Below, in pieces: positions 9,638 to 19,865 of a stretch of DNA of 59,667 bases. The notes under the pieces were generated by a model. That model was not told where the DNA came from. It saw only the letters and a program-made list of their open reading frames with translations, and searched no databases. Every line of letters starts with the position of its first letter. Within the stretch, counting starts at the first letter, position 1. A program made the position numbers and the translations under genes. The stretch is from a bacterium (GTDB taxonomy: Bacteria > Acidobacteriota > Blastocatellia > HR10), in contig JBEPZV010000012.1 of NCBI GenBank assembly GCA_041640655.1, positions 1 to 59,667 on the forward strand. The letters are read 5' to 3'.

Positions 9638-10206
9638 GCTCGGTGCGGGAGACCCTCCTCACCCTTGGTCCACTGGGACTCTTCACGATCGCCCTGCTCG
9701 ATTCGGCGATGGTGCCGCTGGCCGGAGGCCCAGACGGCATGGTGATGCTCCTGTCGGCGTGGAACCCATCCCGCACTCCCATCTACGCCGGCATCGCGAC
9801 GATCGGTTCCACGCTCGGCTGCCTCATCCTCTACACCATCGCGCGACACGCGGGTGAGCGCATGCTCTCGCGCTTCCCGACATCCCGACGGAAACGATGG
9901 CGCCAATGGCTCGATCAGTATGACTTGCTGGCCATGGCCCTGGCCGTCTTTCTCCCCCCTCCATTCCCGGCCAAGCCGGTGGTCGCGCTGGCCGGAGTCC
10001 TCGCCATGCCGCGCGGACGATTCCTGGCGGGCGTCTTCCTGGGGCGTTTGGCGCGATATGGCCTCGAGGGCTATCTCGGCGCGCGATTCGGATCAGCAGC
10101 TATGTCTATACTCCGGCACGCCTCGCCGTGGCTCCTGCTCGGTGGAGCCGCACTTGTCGCGATCGCGCTTCTTTTCAGGAAGAAGTGGCGCTCCTCCTCC
10201 AGATGA
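9634..10206 (+). CDS. YqaA/DedA (VTT-domain) membrane protein, tandem paralog
   Basis: ATGA overlap with the previous gene; LDSAMVPL.GGPD, GSTLG and PPPFPAK motifs. Confidence 0.82.
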   Translation: MSSVRETLLTLGPLGLFTIALLDSAMVPLAGGPDGMVMLLSAWNPSRTPIYAGIATIGSTLGCLILYTIARHAGERMLSRFPTSRRKRWRQWLDQYDLLAMALAVFLPPPFPAKPVVALAGVLAMPRGRFLAGVFLGRLARYGLEGYLGARFGSAAMSILRHASPWLLLGGAALVAIALLFRKKWRSSSR

Positions 10207-10231
10207 CCCGCGCGTCGTCTCCTCTCTTCGC

Positions 10232-10714
10232 TCAGGACGCGGCCGCGCTCGCCCGATGCGTCGCGCGATAGATCTTCGCGAGCAGCTCCTTGGTGATGTG
10301 AGCGATACTCATCTCGGCCCGATGCCGAAGGATGCGCACCTCCTGTTCCACCTGAATGCCGCGCTCCCGCATGAAGTCCACACAGCTCGGCATAATGTAC
10401 TCCTGCAACTCGCGCGCGAGCCACTCCGCGACGAACCGGCGGAACGACTCGACCTCCTCCGTTCGCGCCAAATGAGCCTGCGCCTCGGGATGCCGCAGGA
10501 CATGATCCACGACGTCGTGCCCGAAGCGCCGCGTCTCCTCGAGCCAGACTTGACACGCCTCCCAGAGCACCCCGGGGTGGACGAGTCGAAATTCGCCCTC
10601 GACCGTGAGCCGCTTGCGAACGGGAAGGACACGCGCTTCGGCCTGTTCCCTCCTCCGGGGCTGCTCCTGCTCAATATACGTACGAGCTAACTCCACCAGC
10701 CGCGATGCGCTCAT
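10232..10714 (-). CDS. Hypothetical soluble, helical-looking protein
   Basis: GGAGG RBS; coding-like composition; downstream of the M20 gene on the same strand. Confidence 0.65.
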   Translation of the reverse strand: MSASRLVELARTYIEQEQPRRREQAEARVLPVRKRLTVEGEFRLVHPGVLWEACQVWLEETRRFGHDVVDHVLRHPEAQAHLARTEEVESFRRFVAEWLARELQEYIMPSCVDFMRERGIQVEQEVRILRHRAEMSIAHITKELLAKIYRATHRASAAAS

Positions 10715-10738
10715 CACGCCTCCTCGTCCTTGGGCCTC

Positions 10739-12088
<1,350 letters not shown>

Positions 12089-12285
12089 CGTTTCCCCCCG
12101 ATACGACCTATCAAAGGGCGTATTCTATGCACAAGGGCCAAGCAGAATCAAGCGAGCGCTCGACGCGCGGGCCTCCCCCTGGGGAAGATCGAGCGATGCC
12201 GAAGCGAGCACACCACAGAGTGAAGCCCGAGACCGCGAGGAAGAGCCCCTGGGAGCCCCAGCCGCATGAACCTCTCGCCTCCCCC

Positions 12286-12313
12286 TTGACAAAGACGGGC
12301 GGGCGAGTACAAT
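12286..12313 (+). promoter_or_regulatory. Sigma70 promoter of tRNA-Gly
   Basis: TTGACA-N16-TACAAT. Confidence 0.7.
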
Positions 12314-12334
12314 AGTTCGTGAGCATAGTGACGA

Positions 12335-12409
<75 letters not shown>

Positions 12410-12420
12410 CGGACTTATAG

Positions 12421-12511
12421 AATCGGCGAAGGCTGACTGTCAGAACTCGGGTCCTGACTCGGCCGCCTGAGGCTCGGAATGGGCGGTTGAAAATTTGAGC
12501 CTTCGCCGATT
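12421..12511. repeat. 14-bp perfect inverted repeat in the tRNA-Gly/tRNA-Cys spacer
   Basis: AATCGGCGAAGGCT (12421-12434) and AGCCTTCGCCGATT (12498-12511). Confidence 0.85.
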
Positions 12512-12516
12512 ATAAT
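12487..12516 (+). promoter_or_regulatory. Sigma70 promoter of tRNA-Cys
   Basis: TTGAAA-N18-TATAAT. Confidence 0.6.
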
Positions 12517-12532
12517 TTTGGCCAGAGAAAGA

Positions 12533-12607
12533 GGCGGCGTAGCCAAGTGGTAAGGCGGAGGTCTGCAAAACCTCGATACCTGGGTTCGAATCCCAGCGCC
12601 GCCTCCA
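12533..12607 (+). tRNA. tRNA-Cys (GCA)
   Basis: Anticodon arm GAGGT-CTGCAAA-ACCTC; T-arm CTGGG-TTCGAAT-CCCAG; CCA end. Confidence 0.96.
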
Positions 12608-12659
12608 CTGCAGACTCAGCCCATTCCCCGCCAGCTCGCTCCCCCATGGCGTCACCCTT

Positions 12660-12930
12660 CTGAATGGGTTTCGCGGCCACAAGCCGATCCACCGCTTCCT
12701 GTTCGTCTGCGAAATGGACATATCCCCCCCGGTCATGCGGATCGTGGGGTGGGCCGAGCAGCGTCTTGATGGCCGCTAGGGGAACGCCGCTCTGGGCCAA
12801 CCGCGAAGCGAACGTGTGGCGCAGATCGTGCGGGGTCAGGTCCTCGACCCCCGCCCTCTGGCAGAGTCCCAGAAACGCATGGTGGAAGGCCAAGTAGGAG
12901 ATCGAATGGCCCCCTGAGTCCGCGAATTCC
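12660..12930 (-). pseudogene. Tyrosine integrase C-terminal remnant
   Basis: HDLRHTFAS...LLG, then H-P-T-I-R-M-T in a shifted frame, then YVH; no N-terminal domains; points toward tRNA-Cys. Confidence 0.8.
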
Positions 12931-12944
12931 CGCAATCCAGGACC

Positions 12945-13049
12945 ACGCAGAAATCCCTGATTCCAACTCGACGACAACACCTGATGGCCACTCTGGCGTA
13001 GCCGTTTCACACTAAGACGATCCACCCCTTCATCGGCCGGAATCTTCGC
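12945..13049 (-). pseudogene. DUF5615-like PIN-domain N-terminal fragment
   Basis: KIPADEGVDRLSVKRLRQSGHQVL, then after a frameshift VELESGISA, resembling the family start MxFLADExVD...LR..GH.V...E..PGISD (recalled consensus). Confidence 0.55.
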
Positions 13050-13264
13050 AATGTAATCAGGCGGCAGAATCCGTGTCCGGCCTCTACCTTCACCACCCAT
13101 ACCATCTCGTTCCCCGACCGTCACAGAGGAGCCAATGTTCCATCATGCTGGACGAGCACTCTGCTCCCCAGAAGACCGCTCAAATACAGCGCCAAAGACC
13201 CGGTCATCGGTATAACTGCGCTCCCCATGCTCTTCGGCATCGAGGTGGAGTTCGTCCTCCAGCT

Positions 13265-13600
13265 GTCAGCGCAAAGCACAGCACCTCCTTCGGCTCCGCC
13301 AGTTGCAAGAGCACGGGCGAATGCGTTGCCATGAAAACTTGCCCGTCATAAACGGACGAAAGCGATCCGAGCGACACATTCCCCTCAGGCATGCGCGTCA
13401 CGACTTTCCGCCAGCCAGCGGGTGCACGCTGCTTCGGTTCCTTCACAATCGTTTTGGGCGCTGGCCGTTCCTCCGGAAAAAGCGTCCGCTGCGCATTGGC
13501 TCTTCTTTCCTGCCCCTCGCTCTTCTGTGCCTCCAGCCAAAAGGAGAAAAGCCGGTCGAAGCCCAACTCACGCGGGGCACAAAACGACTGAGTCTCGGCC
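13265..13600 (-). pseudogene. ABC/AAA_21-type ATPase fragment (defence-system-like)
   Basis: SLSSVYDGQVFMATHSPVLL...VLCFA H-loop segment with no Walker A or Walker B; appears internally deleted. Confidence 0.55.
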
Positions 13601-13757
13601 GAAACCGGTGGCCCCATCCTCTCCTGCCCGTGCCGCACACGAGCACAGCGCCGCATGGCGGTGGGAGCCGAAAGAGATCGAATCTGCTCCGGGGGATTCG
13701 ACTTCCGCAGCGTGGAGAACTCGTCAGGGATCCAACGCCCCCTCGTCGCGAGTCTGA

Positions 13758-14999
13758 TCAGGATCCCCGGCCTGATGAGGAAATGACGATGGCCCCCAAT
13801 CGTTGGGCGGCCTCCCGAGCTGAAGGGTGGATGACGAACCCAAACAAGACGATCACAGGCGCTCCCACAACATAGGGCCGCAGTTCCTGCACCCGACGGA
13901 CGACGGCTTCAACATCTCGTCCATAAATCCGACTTCGAACCTCCCCGATCACGACGACCTGCTCACCATCGCGCCATCCCTCCCCATAGAGATCAACTTC
14001 GATCTCCTCACCTTCGATCGTGAAGAATCGTCGCTCCAACTCCTTCACGTGAATCCCATAATGGTGCGCCAAATAAGCTGGCGTGACCTCACGAGCTAAG
14101 TCCTCCAGGGTGAACCCGACCACTTCACTCAATCGCCCGACTTGTTGACTCAGCTGGCCGACTTGTTGCACCAAGGAGCGCATGACCTCTTGCATATGGA
14201 CGTACGCTTGGGTCAGCTCTTCCGCACGAGCCTCCATTCGCGCCTGCGCCTCCGTCAATTGCGCCATCGCCTCTTCCAATCGCCCCATTCGCTCATCCGC
14301 CCGCGCCTGCGCTTCCGATAGCCGTGCCATCGCCTCCTCCAGCCGCCCCACCCGTTCCTCCAGCTGCCCCACTCGTTCCTCCGTCCGCGCTTGTGCTTCT
14401 GCCAGCCGTGTCATCGCCTCTTCCAATCGCCCCACCCGCTCCTCCAACCGCCCCACTCGCTCCTCCGTCCGCGCCTGCGCCTCCGCCAGCCGTGCCATCG
14501 CCTCTTCCAATCGCCCCACCCGCTCCTCCAGCTGCCCCACTCGTTCCTCCGTCCGCGCCTGCGCCTCCGCCAGTCGTGCCATCGCCTCTTCCAATCGCCC
14601 CACCCGCTCCTCCAGCTGCCCCACTCGTTCCTCCGTCCGCGCCTGCGCCTCCGCCAGTCGCGCCATCGCCTCTTCCAATCGCCCTACCCGCTCCTCCAAC
14701 CGCCCCACTCGCTCCTCCGTCCGCGCCTGCGCCTCCGCCAGTCGCGCCATCGCCTCTTCCAATCGCCCTACCCGCTCCTCCAACCGCCCCACTCGCTCCT
14801 CCGTCCGCGCCTGTGCCTCCGCCAGGTGCTGAACAGCCTTGGCGATCCTGTCAAGCGAGGCTATGATCTCCTTGACCATTGTCATCAAGCGCTCGAACTC
14901 CCCAGGGAGCGCCAGTAACTCCTCCGTCAGGAGATAGCGGCGCACCTCCTCACGGAACGCCTGATCTGTCCGCAAGAGCTGTAAGAATTCCTCTCTCAT
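13758..14999 (-). CDS. Coiled-coil repeat protein with C-terminal PD-(D/E)xK-like domain (DUF3782-like)
   Basis: N-terminal LLRTDQAFREEVRRYLL, heptad repeats, C-terminal EIEVDLYG...IGEVRS. Confidence 0.8.
   Translation of the reverse strand: MREEFLQLLRTDQAFREEVRRYLLTEELLALPGEFERLMTMVKEIIASLDRIAKAVQHLAEAQARTEERVGRLEERVGRLEEAMARLAEAQARTEERVGRLEERVGRLEEAMARLAEAQARTEERVGQLEERVGRLEEAMARLAEAQARTEERVGQLEERVGRLEEAMARLAEAQARTEERVGRLEERVGRLEEAMTRLAEAQARTEERVGQLEERVGRLEEAMARLSEAQARADERMGRLEEAMAQLTEAQARMEARAEELTQAYVHMQEVMRSLVQQVGQLSQQVGRLSEVVGFTLEDLAREVTPAYLAHHYGIHVKELERRFFTIEGEEIEVDLYGEGWRDGEQVVVIGEVRSRIYGRDVEAVVRRVQELRPYVVGAPVIVLFGFVIHPSAREAAQRLGAIVISSSGRGS
14322..14825 (-). repeat. Six tandem 84-bp in-frame repeats (28 aa, four heptads each)
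   Basis: LAEAQARTEERVG(R/Q)LEERVGRLEEAM(A/T)R six times, followed by degenerate copies. Confidence 0.93.
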
Positions 15000-15072
15000 C
15001 TTCACCGTGATCCCAAACTGGCTCAATTATGGCATGGTGCTCGCATGGTGGGCAATCCCCCCTCGCGTTCGC

Positions 15073-16083
15073 TCAACAGGCGGAAGCATCACCCATCAGC
15101 GGAGCGCCCGCCAATTCGCGCAGGGCGCGCTGAGTGAAGACCGAGGCCATCTTCTTGCGATAGAGATGGAGAAAATCCGTGTTATTGAGTGGTCGGACCG
15201 AGCGAGCGACGACGTGCGCTACGGCCGCAATGACATCCGGCTCAAGCCGATTCCCCTGCAGAAGCGCTTCGGCTTCCCGGATTCGCTTCGGGCATGATCC
15301 CACGGCCCCGAGGACGATGCGGGCCTCGCGACACCATCCCGACTCCATGCGCAGGGCGACGGCGACGCCCAGAACGGGAAAATCGATGGATCCCCGCCGA
15401 CGCAGTTTCCAATACGTACTCCTCCAATCCTCCCGAGGAGGGAGCAAGACCTCCACAAGGATCTCCTCGGGCCCCTTATCCAAGTACCGGATCCCGTCAT
15501 CGCGATAGAACTCCTCAGCAGCGATCGTGCGCTCCCCACGCGGGCCGACGAGTCGAAGCCGAGCGCCTAAGGCGATCATCACCGGAGCGCCGTCAGAGGA
15601 GGAGACAGCCCAACAGCGCGTTCCTCCAGGAGCGACGGGACAGATCGTTCCATCCTTTTTCAGGCAAAATCCGATCGCCTCGCGCCAGAAGAAGGTTTGA
15701 TCGTAGTAGGTGCAGCGCGTATCCACGCAGAGATTCCCCCCGACTGTGCCCATGGAACGGATCGGCGGATGAGCGACCATCGCGAAGGCTCGCGCGAGAG
15801 CCGGATAAGCGAGGACCAGCTCGTCCTGCGCGAGCACGCGCGCGAGCGTGAGACCCGCGCCGAGCGCCACGCCCTCGCGTCCGATCCCCGCCAGACGAGT
15901 CAGCTCAGGAATGTGCCGCACGCTGACGAGAACGGCGGGTTCGATCTGCCGCCGCTTCATCTTCGGATAGAGATCCGTCCCTCCGGCGACGATCCGAGCC
16001 CGCGGGCCGTGATCGCTCAAGATGCGAAGCGCCTCCTCCAGCGATCGCGGAGCATAGTATCGAAATGGCGGAAGTCGAAGCAT
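15073..16083 (-). CDS. Xanthine-dehydrogenase-family FAD subunit with Cys-rich insertion (HcrB-like)
   Basis: AGGTDL, GTVGGNLC; insertion C..Y...W...C....G..C........C typical of the 4Fe-4S-bearing HcrB. Confidence 0.88.
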   Translation of the reverse strand: MLRLPPFRYYAPRSLEEALRILSDHGPRARIVAGGTDLYPKMKRRQIEPAVLVSVRHIPELTRLAGIGREGVALGAGLTLARVLAQDELVLAYPALARAFAMVAHPPIRSMGTVGGNLCVDTRCTYYDQTFFWREAIGFCLKKDGTICPVAPGGTRCWAVSSSDGAPVMIALGARLRLVGPRGERTIAAEEFYRDDGIRYLDKGPEEILVEVLLPPREDWRSTYWKLRRRGSIDFPVLGVAVALRMESGWCREARIVLGAVGSCPKRIREAEALLQGNRLEPDVIAAVAHVVARSVRPLNNTDFLHLYRKKMASVFTQRALRELAGAPLMGDASAC

Positions 16084-16095
16084 TGTGCCCCTCCT

Positions 16096-18486
16096 TCACG
16101 TGAGATCACCAGGCGATCGCCATTCCGGCGGCGGCTCGACGCGAATCGGCTCCGGCCACGCGAGCAAGGGGATGGAGGTCGGGCCGACGCGTCCAGATCC
16201 GCCGCGCGCCTTATCCTCTAAGCCCTTGAGCACCTTCTCCGGCGTGATGGGCAGCTCATCAATCCGCACTCCGACGGCGTCATAGACGGCATTGGCGATG
16301 GCCGGCGGGACGGGGAGCAAAGGGCCTTGTCCGGCTTCCTTCGCTCCGAATGGACCATGGGGATCATCGGTCTCAATCAGAAAACACTCCACCTCCGGCA
16401 TCTCCCATGTCGTCGGGCTCTTGTAGTCGAGCATCGAAGGCGCCGTGTGCACTCCAAGACGCGGGCGGAAAGTCTGTTCCTCCATGAGCGCTTCGCCCAG
16501 GCCCATATAGACGCTGCCGTGAATCTGCCCTTCGACCAGGCGGGGATTGATCGCGCGCCCGATGTCATGAGCGATCCAGATTTTCTCGACCCGAACGAAT
16601 CCGGTCTCCGGATCCACGGACACCTGAGCGACGCACGCCGAATAGCTATAGGACGGCGAGGGTCCCACACCCGCCCCCTTATATCGCCCCAGCGGCTTCG
16701 GCGGCTTATAGCTGCCGACAGCCCCCAACGTACCGAATCGCGCTTCCGCGAGCTGAGCGGCTTCAGCGAAATCCAGTCCCCGATCCGGATCAGCACGATC
16801 GAAGATGCGCCGCCCACGCGCCAGGAGTTGATCCTCGGGGACATCGAGGCGCTCGGCCGCCGCGCGCAAGAGCAAGCGCCGCAGTCGCTCGGCTGCCTCC
16901 ACAGCCGCATTTCCCGCCATGACGGTCACGCGGCTCGAATAGCTCCCCAAATCTACCGGCGTCAGGTCCGTATCCGCCGTCACGACGCGAACATCTTCTG
17001 GGAGAATCCCGAGGACCTCGGCGACGATGTAAGCGAGGATGGAATCCGATCCCTGTCCGATGTCCGCGCTCCCGCAGAAGACGGTCACACCGCCCCCTCG
17101 ATCAATTTTGATCTGAACCCCGGAATGCGGCATGTCGTTCCAATAGATCGGCAATCCCGCTCCGCTCAAATATGCGCTGCACGCGAACCCCACTCCTTGC
17201 CCGAACGGCAAGCGCCGGAACTTCTCGCGAAATCCTGAGGCTTCGACGACGCGATCAATGCACGCTCGGAGCCCGCAACTGGAGATGCGCAACCAGTTCA
17301 CCGTGAGCGATGGAGCTTCGACGATCTGACGTCGCCGCATCTCGACGGGATCGAGCCCTAAGTCTTCGGCGATCTTGTCCAGATGCACCTCCAGGGCGAA
17401 GCGCGGCTGCGGGGTCCCGTGCCCGCGTTTGGGACCGCACGGCGGCTTGTTCGTGAAGACGCGCACGCCCTCGAACTTGTAGCGCGGGATCTTATAGGTG
17501 ACCGTCTGCAACGCTCCCGTATAGTATGTCGTCGCAACGCCATAGCTGCCATATGCCCCTCCGTCGAGGAAAGATCGAACGTGCATGGCCGTGATCGTCC
17601 CATCGCGCCGAATGCCCGTCTTGATCCACACCAGCACGGGATGCCGTCCCCGATGCACATAGAACACTTCCTCGCGCGTGAGCGTGATCTTCACCGGGCG
17701 ACCGGTCAGCATGGCGAGCTTCGCGACGACGATCTCGTGCGAGAACGGATCGCTCTTGCCGCCGAACCCCCCGCCGACGGGCGTGGCGATCACGCGAATG
17801 CGATGGGGGGGGAGGCCGAGCACCTTCACGAGCGCGCGATGCACATAGTGGGGCGTTTGCGTGCTGCTCCAGAGCGTGAGCCGACCATCGGGCCCGTAGT
17901 GCGCTACCGCGGCATGCTGCTCCAGAGGCAGGTGCGTGCTCCCGGCGTAGAAGAAGATGTCCTCCCGCACAGCGTCCGCCTGCGCGAACCCCTCGGCCAC
18001 ATCGCCGAATTCCAGCGAGACCAGCTTGTGGATATTCGGCCCATCTCCGTACTCGTGAATGCGCACGGAGGACTCAGCCAGCGCCTGCTCCATGGTCAAG
18101 AGCGCGGGCAGCGGTTCGTATTCGACCTCGATGAGTCGGAGCGCTTCCTCGGCCGTCCATTCATCAACGGCGGCGACGGCGGCCACCGGATCGCCCACGA
18201 ACCGCACTTTCTCCACGCAGAGCGCCTCCTCATCCTGGCTGACCGGGAGAATCCCGAAGCGCGTCGGCAGATCCCGCCCGGTGAGGACGGCGTGGACCCC
18301 GGGCATGGCCTGCGCGCGGCTCACGTCTATTCGCCGAATCCGCGCATGAGCGTGCGGACTGCGAAGGATCTTCGCGTAGAGCATGCGCGGCAAGTGAAGA
18401 TCATCCGCATAGCGCGTCTCTCCCGTACACTTCGGTAACGCGTCCACCTTGGGCCACGGCTTACCGATCACGTTGAGGTCACTCAT
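16096..18486 (-). CDS. Xanthine-dehydrogenase-family molybdopterin subunit (HcrA-like)
   Basis: RSPHAHARI, QTPH, GGGFGGK, RGHG, DIGQG, SYSSR and GAKEAGQ motifs. Confidence 0.92.
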   Translation of the reverse strand: MSDLNVIGKPWPKVDALPKCTGETRYADDLHLPRMLYAKILRSPHAHARIRRIDVSRAQAMPGVHAVLTGRDLPTRFGILPVSQDEEALCVEKVRFVGDPVAAVAAVDEWTAEEALRLIEVEYEPLPALLTMEQALAESSVRIHEYGDGPNIHKLVSLEFGDVAEGFAQADAVREDIFFYAGSTHLPLEQHAAVAHYGPDGRLTLWSSTQTPHYVHRALVKVLGLPPHRIRVIATPVGGGFGGKSDPFSHEIVVAKLAMLTGRPVKITLTREEVFYVHRGRHPVLVWIKTGIRRDGTITAMHVRSFLDGGAYGSYGVATTYYTGALQTVTYKIPRYKFEGVRVFTNKPPCGPKRGHGTPQPRFALEVHLDKIAEDLGLDPVEMRRRQIVEAPSLTVNWLRISSCGLRACIDRVVEASGFREKFRRLPFGQGVGFACSAYLSGAGLPIYWNDMPHSGVQIKIDRGGGVTVFCGSADIGQGSDSILAYIVAEVLGILPEDVRVVTADTDLTPVDLGSYSSRVTVMAGNAAVEAAERLRRLLLRAAAERLDVPEDQLLARGRRIFDRADPDRGLDFAEAAQLAEARFGTLGAVGSYKPPKPLGRYKGAGVGPSPSYSYSACVAQVSVDPETGFVRVEKIWIAHDIGRAINPRLVEGQIHGSVYMGLGEALMEEQTFRPRLGVHTAPSMLDYKSPTTWEMPEVECFLIETDDPHGPFGAKEAGQGPLLPVPPAIANAVYDAVGVRIDELPITPEKVLKGLEDKARGGSGRVGPTSIPLLAWPEPIRVEPPPEWRSPGDLT

Positions 18487-18503
18487 CGCCCGCCTCCTCA
18501 CGC

Positions 18504-19004
18504 TCAGCGACCATCGGTCGCCGCCGAACGCACATCCCGCATCTGCGCGGCCGCGCGCTCGACCGCCTCCAGGATTTGGATGTACCCCGTGCACCGACAG
18601 AGATTCCCAGAGAGCGCCTCCGCGATCTCCTGCCGCGTCGGGGTCGGATTTCGGTCAAGCAGAGCCTTCGCCGAGAGCACAACGCCCGGCGTGCAATATC
18701 CGCACTGCGCTGCCCCCATCTCGGCGAAGGCTTGCTGCAAAGGATGCGGACGTCCGCGCTCCATGAGTCCCTCGATGGTGAGGATCTCCCGCCCCTGCAG
18801 CTCGATCGGCAGCACCAGGCACGAGAGCACCGGCTCTCCATCCACGAGGACCGTGCACGCGCCGCATTCCCCAAGTTCGCACCCATGCTTCGTCCCGGTC
18901 AAGTTCAGATCCTCACGCAGGACCTCCAGAAGCGTCTTGAACACAGGCACGGCGAGCGTGTGCAGCTCTCCATTGACCTTCAGCGTGATGAGATGTTTCT
19001 CCAT
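18504..19004 (-). CDS. 2x[2Fe-2S] subunit (HcrC/CoxS-like)
   Basis: GCELGECGACT, QCGYCTPG and CRCTGY motifs. Confidence 0.95.
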   Translation of the reverse strand: MEKHLITLKVNGELHTLAVPVFKTLLEVLREDLNLTGTKHGCELGECGACTVLVDGEPVLSCLVLPIELQGREILTIEGLMERGRPHPLQQAFAEMGAAQCGYCTPGVVLSAKALLDRNPTPTRQEIAEALSGNLCRCTGYIQILEAVERAAAQMRDVRSAATDGR

Positions 19005-19013
19005 CCCTTCCTC

Positions 19014-19637
19014 CTACTTCGCAGTCCCGGTCTCGTGAGCTTTCAAGCCCCGGACCAAATAATCGGCGAAGACCTCACCGATCTCCTGCGCCGACCGAGG
19101 GCCATGCGGGGAGAACCACCGGACCGTCCAATTGATCGCTCCCAGGATAGCGAACGCCATGAGCTTCGAATCCCCCTCCCGAAAGATCCCTTGCTCCATG
19201 CCCTCCCGGATGAGCTCTCGCACACCGCGTTCATACCGATCGCGCTTCTCAATGATCTTCCGCAGCCGACGTGGGGAGAGCATATGGAAATCGGCGTGCA
19301 TGGCCGAGGCGTTCAACTCATCCAAGATGATGCCCACCTGTTCTCGGATCAGCCGATGCAGTTGCTCATCGGGAGGAGCCCCACTCCGTCGGATCTCCTC
19401 CAGCCGAGCGAGCAGCAGATCGAGCGAATAGTCCTGGCAGAAGTAGAGGATCTCCTCCTTGCTCCGAAAATAGTAGTAGAGATTCCCCTTGGTCATGTGC
19501 AGCCGCCGCGCGATCTCCTCCATCGTCGTCGCCGAGACTCCCCGTTGCCGGAACGCCTCGGCAGCGCACCGCAAGATCTCGAGCTTCGTCCGCTCGACCC
19601 TCTGCTTCCGCCTGAGGTCTCTTGACCGTTTGTTCAA
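19014..19637 (-). CDS. TetR-family transcriptional regulator
   Basis: HTH TMEEIARRLHMTKGNLYYYFRSKEEIL; TTG start 9 nt after GGAGG. Confidence 0.9.
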   Translation of the reverse strand: MNKRSRDLRRKQRVERTKLEILRCAAEAFRQRGVSATTMEEIARRLHMTKGNLYYYFRSKEEILYFCQDYSLDLLLARLEEIRRSGAPPDEQLHRLIREQVGIILDELNASAMHADFHMLSPRRLRKIIEKRDRYERGVRELIREGMEQGIFREGDSKLMAFAILGAINWTVRWFSPHGPRSAQEIGEVFADYLVRGLKAHETGTAK

Positions 19638-19699
19638 TTTTCCGATCCTCCGGTCAAAAGTTCGATGAAATGGTACGCGAACGGGTCGAGGATCGTCAA
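19622..19699 (-). promoter_or_regulatory. Promoter and palindromic operator for the tetR-Mo enzyme operon
   Basis: Minus strand TTGACG-N18-TACCAT; imperfect palindrome TTGAACAAACGGTCAA (19622-19637) overlapping the TTG start. Confidence 0.65.
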
Positions 19700-19819
19700 C
19701 GGGTGAAGGGCGCGGGGACTCGAAGCGCCTCTCGCCCCGTCCCCGGCCCTCAAGGCCGCATGATCGGGCGAAATGGCACGAGGCCTTCTGCGTCCCTGCG
19801 CGGGCGCGGACGTCGGTTC

Positions 19820-19849
19820 TTGACAATCCCGCCAAGCCCTGGCTATAGT
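19820..19849 (+). promoter_or_regulatory. Sigma70 promoter of tRNA-Gln
   Basis: TTGACA-N18-TATAGT. Confidence 0.65.
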
Positions 19850-19865
19850 GAGAAATCGAACGAGC

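Noticed and set aside
12510..13124. 204-aa ORF as an intact integrase
   Set aside because: It is a chimera of unrelated fragments, the catalytic His region is out of frame, and it runs antisense through tRNA-Cys.
13650..13712. TTCGA-containing segment ending in CCGCCA (minus strand) as a tRNA or att duplicate
   Set aside because: No cloverleaf can be built and it does not match the tRNA-Cys 3' end.
14322..14825. Tandem repeats as a CRISPR array
   Set aside because: There are no unique spacers; the units are 84-bp in-frame coding heptads, and no cas genes are present.
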